DNA of 64,000 nt from assembly GCF_000027125.1 (NCBI RefSeq), contig NC_017626.1. One strand, 5' to 3'. Every line of letters starts with the position of its first letter. Position 1 is the first letter of the stretch. Shown here piece by piece: positions 31,115-43,987 of the stretch. Below the pieces are notes generated by a model. That model had not been told where the DNA came from. It was given only the letters and a program-made list of their open reading frames with translations, and did not search any database. The position numbers and the translations under genes were made by a program. This stretch comes from Escherichia coli 042 (lineage in GTDB: Bacteria > Pseudomonadota > Gammaproteobacteria > Enterobacterales > Enterobacteriaceae).

Positions 31115-32263
31115 ATGCGTATTTTTCTCTTACTTCTGATGCTATGCGGTTTTCAGGTATTCGCTGAACGATTGCCTTCAGTGACTGACTTAACCGGGAC
31201 ATTAACGACAGAAGAACAAAGTGCTTTAAATCAACAATTACAGACTCTCGAGCAGCAAAACCACTTCCAGGTGGCCGTGTTGGTTACGCCGACCACAGGG
31301 GGCAAAAATATTAAACTTGCAGCCTCGCAGAGCTACGGGTTATATCACTGGAAACCCGTTGGAGAGAAGCGATATGGCGAAGGAATCTTAATTCTCGTCC
31401 TCTGGCCGGAAGGGCTGGCGTCAATGAAGATTGGACATGGACTGGAACAGATGTTGCCGCCGGAACAAGCTGCACAAATTGTTCGTTACCATATGCAGCC
31501 AGAATTCGAAAAAAACAATCTCTTTGCTGGATTAACGGGCGGAATTGAAAGCATCGCACAGTTTACCCATATCAAAGCGAACCTTAGCCCTTTGGATGCT
31601 TTAGCCAATCATCTGTTTGCTAATCCGCAACGTTCGCTGCCATGTCTTGCCTGGACACTGCTGATGATCGTTGCCATCGTTGTCCTCTGGCGATTTGCCA
31701 GCCGCCCAGGGCGTGGCATATGGATGATATCGATGATTACCCCTATGGTCTGGTTTTTCTTCTTTCAGGACGATGTCATCATTCGGCGGGTGTCGATCGT
31801 TTGTTTTAGTTTATTGTTCGCAACAACCTGCTGGCAGCGTCTCGCGGTAGTTTTTAATATGTGCCGCGCATTTCCTATGATGCTGGCCCCCAAAAATAAA
31901 AACACTAAAGTGAAAAAACAAAAGAAGACTCCGCAGGTTCGTGAATCAGGACGAAATTCATTGTTTGTCGTGATGCTGATAATTATTGTGGGATGGTGCC
32001 TGGTGTTCGCCAGTAATAAAGATATTGCATTCATCTCAACAATTATTGGGCTAATTGATCATTTTATCGGCCCAATAACCATTGCTGGCATAGTTCTGCT
32101 GATCATTGTGGCCAAATTTACTGGCAATCTTAAACTGGGGTCAGGAGAAAAAAGCAACAGGAAAACGGGGAATCGTAATGCTCATTCTCGCTCTTCGTCG
32201 AGAAATTCTTTCCGCGGTGGTGGTGGTTCTTCAGGAGGCGGCGGTTCATCCGGACGCTGGTAA
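31115..32263 (+). CDS. TPM-domain-like membrane protein, divergent paralog 2 with extended polytopic region and Lys-rich loop
   Basis: 382 aa; signal peptide, degenerate TPM-like region (VAVLVTPTTGGKNIK...ILILVLWPEGLASMKIGHGLEQ), several hydrophobic helices, loop KNKNTKVKKQKK, tail ...FRGGGGSSGGGGSSGRW. Confidence 0.8.
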   Translation: MRIFLLLLMLCGFQVFAERLPSVTDLTGTLTTEEQSALNQQLQTLEQQNHFQVAVLVTPTTGGKNIKLAASQSYGLYHWKPVGEKRYGEGILILVLWPEGLASMKIGHGLEQMLPPEQAAQIVRYHMQPEFEKNNLFAGLTGGIESIAQFTHIKANLSPLDALANHLFANPQRSLPCLAWTLLMIVAIVVLWRFASRPGRGIWMISMITPMVWFFFFQDDVIIRRVSIVCFSLLFATTCWQRLAVVFNMCRAFPMMLAPKNKNTKVKKQKKTPQVRESGRNSLFVVMLIIIVGWCLVFASNKDIAFISTIIGLIDHFIGPITIAGIVLLIIVAKFTGNLKLGSGEKSNRKTGNRNAHSRSSSRNSFRGGGGSSGGGGSSGRW

Positions 32264-32268
32264 TCATT

Positions 32269-33162
32269 ATGCGCTTAATCTTTTTTCTACTTACTTTATG
32301 GTGCCTTCCTGGGCTTGCCCAGCAAATTGCTGTGCCGGAGCTGCGCCAACAGGTGACCGATATTACTGGTACGTTAAGCACGTCTGAACAACAATCACTG
32401 ACACAACAGCTGCAGGATATCACACAAAAAACACGGGCCCAGGTCGCCGTATTAATAGTGCCATCCACCGGAGACGATACCATTGAACAATATGCAACAC
32501 GCGTTTTTGATAGCTGGAAACTGGGAGATAAGCAGCGAAACGATGGTATTTTACTGCTGGTTGCCTGGGAAGATCATGCTGTCCGTATAGAAGTGGGCTA
32601 CGGGCTGGAAGGGGTGGTTACCGATCTGCAAGCAGCGAAGATTATCCGTAATATATTAATCCCAGCCTTCAAAAGTGATGACTTGATGGGTGGGTTAACA
32701 CTGGCAAGCGAAAATATCGGAGCGCTTCTGTTGAATGGTGAATTACCGGAAGACAGGGGGGATTATTACAGTATCAATCCCCCTATTCCATTATCGCTTG
32801 CTGTAATTATATTGCTGGCGGTACTTTCATATTTTATTGTTTTTACCGATCCGTCGAATTTACCCTGGATAGCACTGACTGGCGGAATTTATGGGATGGT
32901 ATTCCTCTATGTTGCCGAGCCAGGACCATGGACGAATTTAATCGTTGCCTGCGGTATGCTCACGCCTTTTGCTATCGTACCACTGGTTATTTTTTGGCTT
33001 ATCGTTAATAAAAAGCTACGCGCCAAATACAAAAAACTCAGTAAAGAAAGAGCTTCAAGAAAAGGTTCTTCTTCATCCTCTTCCGGTGGCGGCTCAAGTG
33101 GCGGCGGATTTAGCGGCGGGGGCGGTTCTTCTGGCGGTGGCGGCGCGTCCGGTCGCTGGTAA
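32269..33162 (+). CDS. TPM-domain membrane protein (YgcG-like), paralog 3
   Basis: 297 aa; signal peptide, TPM domain close to paralog 1 (AVLIVPSTGDDTIEQYATRVFDSWKLGDKQRNDGILLLVAWEDHAVRIEVGYGLEG), TM helices, tail ...GGGSSGGGFSGGGGSSGGGGASGRW. Possibly the ygcG ortholog; not certain. Confidence 0.85.
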   Translation: MRLIFFLLTLWCLPGLAQQIAVPELRQQVTDITGTLSTSEQQSLTQQLQDITQKTRAQVAVLIVPSTGDDTIEQYATRVFDSWKLGDKQRNDGILLLVAWEDHAVRIEVGYGLEGVVTDLQAAKIIRNILIPAFKSDDLMGGLTLASENIGALLLNGELPEDRGDYYSINPPIPLSLAVIILLAVLSYFIVFTDPSNLPWIALTGGIYGMVFLYVAEPGPWTNLIVACGMLTPFAIVPLVIFWLIVNKKLRAKYKKLSKERASRKGSSSSSSGGGSSGGGFSGGGGSSGGGGASGRW

Positions 33163-33171
33163 CTCAACCAT

Positions 33172-33202
33172 AAAAAATGCCAGCCCGAAGGCTGGCATTT
33201 TT
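33172..33202. terminator. bidirectional rho-independent terminator between the LemA-TPM cluster and eno
   Basis: AAAAAA-TGCCAGCC-CGAA-GGCTGGCA-TTTTT: perfect stem flanked by A-tract and T-tract. Confidence 0.8.
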
Positions 33203-33221
33203 AAATCAGATAAAGTCAGAC

Positions 33222-34535
<1,314 letters not shown>

Positions 34536-34565
34536 TCACTAGTTAAACTGAAACTCCAGACAAAC

Positions 34566-34588
34566 AACGCGTACCCAGGGTACGCGTT
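34566..34588 (-). promoter_or_regulatory. perfect palindrome in pyrG-eno intercistronic region (probable RNA stem-loop / processing site)
   Basis: AACGCGTACCC-AGG-GTACGCGTT between the pyrG stop and the eno start. Confidence 0.5.
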
Positions 34589-34607
34589 GCCGTTCTAACT
34601 TTTTTAC

Positions 34608-36260
<1,653 letters not shown>

Positions 36261-36472
36261 TTAGGTTGAAAAGACGATGGAATAACCAGGACGGGAAAGC
36301 AGTATACCCGAACATGACCTGTGCCACAAACTTTCATTATCCCTCCTCTTCGCCAGCGCACTATTGAAATCAGGAGTGAGAAAATAGCCCCTTTGGGGTA
36401 AATGTTTTTGACGCAAATCAAGCGCTTGTCATTTAAAAAATGACACAAATCGCGCTTGACCACGTAATTCCC

Positions 36473-37264
36473 TTAGAGATCAATTTCCTGCCGTTTTACC
36501 TGTTGCCAGACTTCTTCCATTGTTTCGAGGTCAACACCTGTCATTTCCAGTCCACGCGCGGCAACAATACGCTCCACTTCGCGAAAACGGCGCTCGAATT
36601 TTTCATTGGCTTTTTGTAGTGCAATCTCTGCTTTTGTCCCTAAATGGCGTGCCATGTTGACCGTGGCAAACAGCAGGTCACCCATTTCCTCCTCCAGTTT
36701 AGCCTGGTCGATAACAGCCTGCCGCGCCTCGTACATCACCTCGTCGATCTCTTCGTAGACTTTATCGACTACCGGACCAAGCGTCGTCCAGTCGAAACCA
36801 ACGTTGGCGCAACGTTTCTGGATTTTTTGCGCACGCATTAAAGCCGGTAAACTACGAGGAATATCGTCCAGCGCTGAATGCTGCGCTTTCTGCGCGCGCT
36901 CTTCGGTTTTGATTTGCTCCCAACGGGTAAGCACTTCACTACTGTTTTCGGCAGAACTGTCAGCAAAAACATGCGGATGGCGACGCTCTAATTTATCGCT
37001 AATAGCAGCGCAAATATCATTAAAGTCAAAGCGCCCTTCTTCCTGAGCCATTTGCGCGTAAAACACCACCTGGAATAGCAGATCGCCCAGTTCACCGCGA
37101 AGATCGTCAAAATCTTCACGGGCGATGGCGTCCAGCACTTCGTAGGTTTCTTCAAGGGTGTAAGGCGCAATGGTGGCAAATGTCTGCTCTTTATCCCACG
37201 GGCAGCCGTTTTCCGGGTCGCGCAGGCGCTGCATAATAGTGAGCAAACGGTCGATTTGATTCAT
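36473..37264 (-). CDS. mazG: nucleoside triphosphate pyrophosphohydrolase MazG
   Basis: 263 aa, MNQIDRLLTIMQRLRDPENGCPWDKEQTF... Confidence 0.95.
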   Translation of the reverse strand: MNQIDRLLTIMQRLRDPENGCPWDKEQTFATIAPYTLEETYEVLDAIAREDFDDLRGELGDLLFQVVFYAQMAQEEGRFDFNDICAAISDKLERRHPHVFADSSAENSSEVLTRWEQIKTEERAQKAQHSALDDIPRSLPALMRAQKIQKRCANVGFDWTTLGPVVDKVYEEIDEVMYEARQAVIDQAKLEEEMGDLLFATVNMARHLGTKAEIALQKANEKFERRFREVERIVAARGLEMTGVDLETMEEVWQQVKRQEIDL

Positions 37265-37359
37265 TGAATTGTCCTGAAAATTGCGGGTCTGTCAGGTGTA
37301 ATACCTTCGAGTAAAAGATATCGCTGGATACGGCTGACGCCATATCCAGCTATATAAGA

Positions 37360-39594
37360 CTAACTCCCGTGCAACCGACGCGCGTCGATAACATCCGGCA
37401 CCTGGTTGAGTTTACCCAGCACGCGCCCCAGCACTTGCAGGTTGTAAATCTCAATGGTCATGTCGATGGTCGCCAGTTGCTGTTTGGTATCGCTACGGCT
37501 GGCAACGCCAAGCACGTTCACTTTCTCATTGGCGAGAATGGTCGTGATATCACGTAACAACCCACTACGATCATTAGCCACCACGCGGACCACCAGCGAA
37601 TATCCGGCGGAGTAGCTCTCACCCCATACCGCGTCAACAATGCGTTCTGGCGCATGGGAGCGCAGTTCCGCCAGTTGTTCGCAATCGGCGCGGTGTACTG
37701 AAATACCGCGTCCCTGGGTAATGAAGCCGACAATCTCATCTCCAGGAATCGGCTGGCAGCAGCGCGCGATGTGGTGCATCAGGTTACCGACACCTTCAAC
37801 CACCACACGACCGTTATCTTTACTGCGGTTTTGCGGCGTATAGCTTTTTTGCTGAAGTTGCTTCAGCGCGGCGGCATCCTGCTCTTCGGCACTCGGCTTA
37901 TTAAATTGCGATTGCAGGAAGTTCACCATCTGATTGAGACGGATATCCCCGCCACCAATTGCCGCCAGCAACTCGTCGACATCATTGAAGTTGTAACGCG
38001 GCAGCAGATGTTTTTCTGCTTCTTTCAGGCTGATCCCCAGATGTTCCAGCTCGTCGTCAAGGATTTGCCGCCCAGCCAGAATGTTTTTGTCACGGTCCTG
38101 TTTACGGAACCAAGCGTGAATTTTCGAACGCCCACGGCTGGTTGTGACGTAACCGAGGTTTGGGTTTAACCAGTCACGGCTGGGGTTCGGCTGTTTCTGG
38201 GTGATAATTTCAATCTGGTCGCCCATCTGCAGCTGGTAGGTGAACGGCACAATGCGCCCGCCTATTTTTGCCCCGATGCAGCGGTGTCCGACATCACTGT
38301 GGATGTGGTAAGCGAAGTCCAGCGGCGTTGATCCCGCAGGCAAATCAACAACATCACCTTTCGGCGTAAAGACATACACCCGGTCGTCAAAGACCTGGCT
38401 GCGTACTTCGTCGAGCATTTCGCCGGAATCAGCCATCTCTTCCTGCCACGCAATCAGTTTACGCAGCCAGGCAATCCGGTCTTCATGTCCCGAACGTGCG
38501 CCGCCAGCAGCCGCGCCCTCTTTATATTTCCAGTGCGCAGCAACACCCAACTCTGCATCTTCATGCATCTGTTTGGTGCGGATTTGGATCTCAACGGTTT
38601 TGCCACCCGGCCCCAGAACCACGGTATGAATAGACTGATAACCGTTTGGTTTCGGGTTAGCGACGTAATCGTCAAACTCATCCGGCAGGTGGCGATAGTG
38701 AGTGTGCACTATCCCCAGTGCGGCATAACAATCCTGTAAACGCTCGGCGACAATACGTACCGCACGCACATCAAACAGCTCATCGAAGGCGAGGTTCTTT
38801 TTCTGCATTTTGCGCCAGATGCTGTAGATGTGTTTCGGTCGACCATACACTTCAGCTTTAACGCCTTCAGCTTTCATCTCAGCGCGCAGATGGCCGACAA
38901 ACTCTTCGATATAGTGTTCGCGGTCGAGACGGCGTTCATGCAGCAGTTTTGCGATGCGTTTGTATTCGGTCGGGTGGAGATAACGGAAGCAGTAATCTTC
39001 CAGCTCCCATTTCAGTTGTCCAATCCCAAGACGGTTCGCCAACGGCGCGTAGATATTGGTGCACTCTTTTGCCGCCAGTACGCGTTCATCTTCCGGCGCG
39101 TCTTTTACTTCGCGCAGATGAGCAATACGCTCTGCCAGTTTGATGACCACGCAGCGGAAATCATCGACCATCGCCAATAACATCCGGCGAACGTTATCGA
39201 CCTGTTCGGAGGAAACAGAATCGGTATGCGTCGCTTTCAGCTGGCGGATCGCCGCCATATCACGCACGCCGTGAATAAGGTTAACGACCGACTTACCGAC
39301 GCTCTCACGCAGCACATCTTCGCTGACTACGTTGGCATCCGCCAGAGGGAACAGCAGCGCCGCCCGCAGCGTGTCAATGTCCATACTTAATGTCGAGAGG
39401 ATCTCCACCATCTCAACACCACGCCACAATAACAGACTGGCATCCGGATGCCCCTGCGTCTGTTGCAGACAATACGCCCAGGTTTCGGCTAAGCACTCAC
39501 ACGACTTCTGGCTGGTAATACCCAGACTTGCGATCCATTTTTCCGGATCAAATTCACCAGCCTTATTGATATGTGCACTTCTTACCGCAACCAT
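37360..39594 (-). CDS. relA: GTP pyrophosphokinase, (p)ppGpp synthetase I
   Basis: 744 aa, MVAVRSAHINKAGEFDPEKWIASLGITSQKS...; RelA/SpoT synthetase domain with TGS and ACT C-terminal domains. Confidence 0.97.
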   Translation of the reverse strand: MVAVRSAHINKAGEFDPEKWIASLGITSQKSCECLAETWAYCLQQTQGHPDASLLLWRGVEMVEILSTLSMDIDTLRAALLFPLADANVVSEDVLRESVGKSVVNLIHGVRDMAAIRQLKATHTDSVSSEQVDNVRRMLLAMVDDFRCVVIKLAERIAHLREVKDAPEDERVLAAKECTNIYAPLANRLGIGQLKWELEDYCFRYLHPTEYKRIAKLLHERRLDREHYIEEFVGHLRAEMKAEGVKAEVYGRPKHIYSIWRKMQKKNLAFDELFDVRAVRIVAERLQDCYAALGIVHTHYRHLPDEFDDYVANPKPNGYQSIHTVVLGPGGKTVEIQIRTKQMHEDAELGVAAHWKYKEGAAAGGARSGHEDRIAWLRKLIAWQEEMADSGEMLDEVRSQVFDDRVYVFTPKGDVVDLPAGSTPLDFAYHIHSDVGHRCIGAKIGGRIVPFTYQLQMGDQIEIITQKQPNPSRDWLNPNLGYVTTSRGRSKIHAWFRKQDRDKNILAGRQILDDELEHLGISLKEAEKHLLPRYNFNDVDELLAAIGGGDIRLNQMVNFLQSQFNKPSAEEQDAAALKQLQQKSYTPQNRSKDNGRVVVEGVGNLMHHIARCCQPIPGDEIVGFITQGRGISVHRADCEQLAELRSHAPERIVDAVWGESYSAGYSLVVRVVANDRSGLLRDITTILANEKVNVLGVASRSDTKQQLATIDMTIEIYNLQVLGRVLGKLNQVPDVIDARRLHGS

Positions 39595-39641
39595 CGTCCT
39601 CTCCTTTAGGGACCAGACCTGCCGAAATCGGCAAATCGTAA

Positions 39642-40943
39642 CTATTTAACGCGCGAGAAAAGTACCATCGATTCCAGATGTCCCGTGTGTGGGAACATAT
39701 CCAGCATCGCCAGTCGCGCAATGGTATATCCTGCTTTTAATAACGCTTCGCTATCCCGAGCCAGCGTTGCAGGGTTACAGGATACATAAACTATACGAAT
39801 AGGTTCCAGTTTTATAATTTGCTGCATAACACCTGCGGCACCTGCTCGCGCGGGGTCCAGCAACACTTTATCGAAGCCGTTTTTCGCCCACGGCTGCTTT
39901 GTGACATCTTCTTCAAGATTTTCGTGATAAAACGTCACATTGTGTAAGTCATTAAGACGCGCATTCTGCTGGCCTTTTTCCACCAGCGCCGGAACACCTT
40001 CTACACCCACCACACTGGCAGCTTGTGTCGCCAATGGCAGTGTAAAATTGCCCATACCGCAGAACAGATCCAGTACGCGATCTTCAGGTTGTACATCCAG
40101 CCATTCCAACGCACGCGCTACCATTTTTTGGTTCACACCCGCATTGACCTGAATAAAATCGCGCGGGCTAAAAGTTAAGCGCAACCCGTTTGAGTCATAC
40201 CAGGGCATCTCACCAGAGACGGTTTCGAGTATCTCACTATCGGGGGCGAGATACAGATCCAGGCCTTCAGAATGCGAAAAGCGTTCCAGTTTTTCGCGAT
40301 CAGCCGAACTTAGCGGTGCGGTATGGCGCAAAATCATCAGCGTGCCGCTGGTTGCCTGTACCAGTTCAACATGACCAAGATGGCGCATAGCTTGTAAGCT
40401 GCCCAGGCATGCCCTGACTTTGGGCAGTAATGCTTCAAGTTGGGGCACTAAAATGGGGCATTGTTTAACGTCGACAATGTCACTGGAGCCCGCTTTGCGA
40501 AAGCCCATCTGAAGTTGCTGTGTTTTCGGTAAGTAGTTCAAACTTAAACGCGCGCGACGGCGATAGCCCCAGGGAACATCGGCGATCACTTCAGAGACTT
40601 CGTGTTTCATTAATCGGGCGAGTGCCGCACTTTTGCTTCGCTGCTGTAAATCCACGCTGGCGTGTTGTTGCTGACAGCCACCGCATACGCCAAAATGAGG
40701 GCAGAGTGGCGTTTCGCGTTCCGGGCTATCGCTTAACCGGCGCACGACTTTAGCGCGGGCGTACTGTTTTTTATCTTCAGTAACAGTAACTTCCGCGTTT
40801 TCCTGTGGCAGTAATCCAGGAATAAATAACGCTTTGCCGTTATGTCGTGCCACGCCCTGACCAAAAGAGTCGAGGTCGTTGACTGAAACAGTTATGATCT
40901 GACGCGTCGTCGTGCGTCGTTTTGCAGAGTAGAATTGCGCCAT
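39642..40943 (-). CDS. rlmD: 23S rRNA (uracil1939-C5)-methyltransferase
   Basis: 433 aa; TRAM domain plus Fe-S cysteines ([14 protein letters not shown]) and SAM methyltransferase fold. Confidence 0.93.
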   Translation of the reverse strand: MAQFYSAKRRTTTRQIITVSVNDLDSFGQGVARHNGKALFIPGLLPQENAEVTVTEDKKQYARAKVVRRLSDSPERETPLCPHFGVCGGCQQQHASVDLQQRSKSAALARLMKHEVSEVIADVPWGYRRRARLSLNYLPKTQQLQMGFRKAGSSDIVDVKQCPILVPQLEALLPKVRACLGSLQAMRHLGHVELVQATSGTLMILRHTAPLSSADREKLERFSHSEGLDLYLAPDSEILETVSGEMPWYDSNGLRLTFSPRDFIQVNAGVNQKMVARALEWLDVQPEDRVLDLFCGMGNFTLPLATQAASVVGVEGVPALVEKGQQNARLNDLHNVTFYHENLEEDVTKQPWAKNGFDKVLLDPARAGAAGVMQQIIKLEPIRIVYVSCNPATLARDSEALLKAGYTIARLAMLDMFPHTGHLESMVLFSRVK

Positions 40944-40999
40944 TGGCGAGACTTTCTCAATTTAACAGTGTGACCTTAATTGTCCCATAACGGAACTCC

Positions 41000-43756
41000 A
41001 TGACCAACTACAGCCTGCGCGCACGCATGATGATTCTGATCCTGGCACCGACCGTCCTTATTGGTTTATTGCTGAGTATCTTTTTCGTTGTGCATCGCTA
41101 TAACGACTTGCAGCGTCAACTGGAAGATGCCGGAGCCAGCATTATTGAGCCGCTTGCAGTTTCTACTGAATATGGCATGAGCCTGCAAAATCGCGAATCT
41201 ATCGGTCAGTTAATAAGCGTACTGCATCGTCGCCATTCCGATATTGTTCGCGCGATTTCGGTTTATGATGAAAATAACCGACTCTTTGTCACCTCCAATT
41301 TTCATCTTGATCCCTCATCAATGCAGCTCGGCAGCAACGTGCCGTTTCCTCGCCAGCTCACTGTCACTCGTGACGGCGATATTATGATCCTCCGCACGCC
41401 GATTATTTCTGAGAGTTACTCCCCCGACGAATCGCCCAGTAGCGATGCCAAAAATAGTCAAAATATGTTGGGATATATTGCGCTTGAGCTGGATCTTAAA
41501 TCGGTTCGCTTGCAGCAATATAAAGAGATCTTTATTTCCAGCGTGATGATGCTGTTTTGTATCGGTATTGCGCTTATTTTTGGCTGGCGCTTAATGCGCG
41601 ATGTAACCGGTCCGATTCGCAATATGGTGAATACCGTCGACCGCATCCGTCGCGGGCAACTCGACAGCCGTGTGGAAGGATTTATGCTCGGCGAGCTGGA
41701 TATGCTGAAAAACGGTATCAACTCGATGGCAATGTCGCTGGCTGCTTATCACGAAGAGATGCAGCACAATATCGATCAGGCGACGTCCGATCTGCGTGAA
41801 ACGCTGGAGCAGATGGAAATTCAGAACGTTGAGTTGGATCTGGCGAAAAAGCGTGCCCAGGAAGCGGCGCGTATTAAATCCGAGTTTCTGGCAAATATGT
41901 CACACGAGCTGCGTACACCACTGAATGGTGTTATTGGCTTTACCCGCCTGACGCTGAAAACAGAATTAACACCAACGCAGCGCGATCACCTGAATACGAT
42001 TGAACGTTCGGCAAATAATTTGCTGGCAATTATTAATGATGTTCTCGACTTCTCGAAACTGGAAGCAGGTAAGCTGATTCTGGAAAGTATTCCATTCCCA
42101 CTACGCAGCACGCTGGATGAAGTCGTTACCCTGCTGGCACATTCTTCTCACGATAAAGGGCTGGAACTGACGCTCAATATTAAAAGCGACGTGCCCGATA
42201 ACGTAATTGGCGACCCACTACGATTACAGCAAATCATCACTAACCTGGTGGGGAATGCAATTAAATTCACCGAGAATGGCAACATTGATATTCTGGTAGA
42301 AAAACGTGCGCTGAGTAATACCAAAGTTCAGATTGAAGTGCAGATTCGGGATACCGGCATTGGTATTCCTGAACGCGATCAATCGCGCTTATTCCAGGCC
42401 TTCCGACAGGCTGATGCCAGTATTTCCCGCCGTCATGGTGGCACCGGGCTGGGGCTGGTGATTACACAAAAACTGGTTAATGAAATGGGCGGCGATATTT
42501 CGTTCCATAGCCAGCCGAATCGCGGTTCAACTTTCTGGTTCCACATTAATCTCGATCTGAATCCGAACATTATTATCGAAGGGCCATCCACCCAATGCCT
42601 CGCCGGCAAGCGCCTGGCCTATGTCGAACCAAACTCCGCAGCAGCGCAATGTACGCTGGATATTTTAAGTGAAACGCCGCTGGAAGTGGTTTATAGCCCA
42701 ACGTTCTCCGCGCTGCCTCCCGCGCATTACGACATGATGTTATTAGGCATTGCGGTGACCTTCCGCGAGCCGCTAACAATGCAACATGAGCGATTAGCGA
42801 AAGCGGTATCGATGACCGATTTTCTGATGCTGGCACTTCCTTGCCATGCACAAGTCAATGCTGAAAAACTTAAGCAAGATGGTATCGGCGCGTGTCTGCT
42901 GAAACCATTAACACCTACGCGCCTGTTACCTGCCCTGACGGAATTTTGTCATCACAAACAAAACACGCTTTTGCCTGTAACCGATGAAAGTAAGCTGGCA
43001 ATGACAGTCATGGCGGTTGATGACAACCCCGCTAACCTGAAACTTATCGGCGCATTGCTGGAAGATATGGTGCAACATGTGGAACTTTGCGATAGCGGGC
43101 ATCAGGCGGTTGAACGGGCGAAACAGATGCCGTTCGATTTGATCTTAATGGATATTCAAATGCCGGACATGGACGGCATTCGGGCCTGCGAACTCATCCA
43201 CCAGCTCCCCCATCAGCAACAAACGCCAGTTATCGCGGTAACGGCGCATGCAATGGCCGGGCAAAAAGAGAAGCTGCTTGGCGCAGGGATGAGCGATTAT
43301 CTGGCGAAACCGATTGAAGAAGAGCGATTGCATAATTTGCTGTTGCGCTACAAGCCTGGCAGCGGCATTTCCTCTCGCGTCGTGACGCCTGAAGTCAACG
43401 AAATTGTGGCGAACCCGAATGCAACCCTCGACTGGCAACTGGCACTACGCCAGGCAGCAGGAAAAACCGATTTAGCGCGCGATATGCTGCAAATGTTACT
43501 CGATTTCCTGCCTGAAGTTCGCAACAAAGTTGAGGAACAGCTGGTTGGAGAAAACCCGGAAGGCCTGGTTGATTTGATTCATAAACTGCATGGCAGTTGC
43601 GGCTATAGCGGTGTGCCGCGTATGAAGAATCTCTGCCAACTGATCGAACAACAGCTACGTAGCGGTACTAAAGAAGAAGATTTGGAGCCGGAGCTGCTGG
43701 AACTGTTAGACGAGATGGATAATGTAGCGCGCGAAGCCAGCAAAATTCTAGGGTAA
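41000..43756 (+). CDS. barA: hybrid sensor histidine kinase BarA (HisKA-HATPase-REC-HPt)
   Basis: 918 aa; H-box SHELRTPLN, receiver [12 protein letters not shown]...[15 protein letters not shown]-terminal HPt domain. Confidence 0.95.
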   Translation: MTNYSLRARMMILILAPTVLIGLLLSIFFVVHRYNDLQRQLEDAGASIIEPLAVSTEYGMSLQNRESIGQLISVLHRRHSDIVRAISVYDENNRLFVTSNFHLDPSSMQLGSNVPFPRQLTVTRDGDIMILRTPIISESYSPDESPSSDAKNSQNMLGYIALELDLKSVRLQQYKEIFISSVMMLFCIGIALIFGWRLMRDVTGPIRNMVNTVDRIRRGQLDSRVEGFMLGELDMLKNGINSMAMSLAAYHEEMQHNIDQATSDLRETLEQMEIQNVELDLAKKRAQEAARIKSEFLANMSHELRTPLNGVIGFTRLTLKTELTPTQRDHLNTIERSANNLLAIINDVLDFSKLEAGKLILESIPFPLRSTLDEVVTLLAHSSHDKGLELTLNIKSDVPDNVIGDPLRLQQIITNLVGNAIKFTENGNIDILVEKRALSNTKVQIEVQIRDTGIGIPERDQSRLFQAFRQADASISRRHGGTGLGLVITQKLVNEMGGDISFHSQPNRGSTFWFHINLDLNPNIIIEGPSTQCLAGKRLAYVEPNSAAAQCTLDILSETPLEVVYSPTFSALPPAHYDMMLLGIAVTFREPLTMQHERLAKAVSMTDFLMLALPCHAQVNAEKLKQDGIGACLLKPLTPTRLLPALTEFCHHKQNTLLPVTDESKLAMTVMAVDDNPANLKLIGALLEDMVQHVELCDSGHQAVERAKQMPFDLILMDIQMPDMDGIRACELIHQLPHQQQTPVIAVTAHAMAGQKEKLLGAGMSDYLAKPIEEERLHNLLLRYKPGSGISSRVVTPEVNEIVANPNATLDWQLALRQAAGKTDLARDMLQMLLDFLPEVRNKVEEQLVGENPEGLVDLIHKLHGSCGYSGVPRMKNLCQLIEQQLRSGTKEEDLEPELLELLDEMDNVAREASKILG

Positions 43757-43831
43757 TGGACCGTCTTGCCGAGTAGCAATCGGCTTTTTATGAAGCTGGT
43801 TTCAGACTGGTGACAAAGTGCCTGTGTTTAT

Positions 43832-43865
43832 GCCGGATGCGGCGATAACGCCTTATCCGGCCTAC
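43832..43865. repeat. REP element downstream of barA
   Basis: GCCGGATGCGGCGATAACGCCTTATCCGGCCTAC. Confidence 0.75.
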
Positions 43866-43952
43866 AAAACCAATTAAATTCAATGAATTAAAAAGTATGT
43901 TGGCCTGATACGTAGCGCAACAGGCAATTTTGCGTTTGGCATCAGACTCAAC

Positions 43953-43985
43953 CCGGCTCCTGACAGAGCCGGTTTTGGTTTTCTG
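43953..43985 (+). terminator. rho-independent terminator shared by barA and the convergent gudD
   Basis: CCGGCTC-CTGACA-GAGCCGG followed by TTTTGGTTTTCTG. Confidence 0.7.
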
Positions 43986-43987
43986 TC

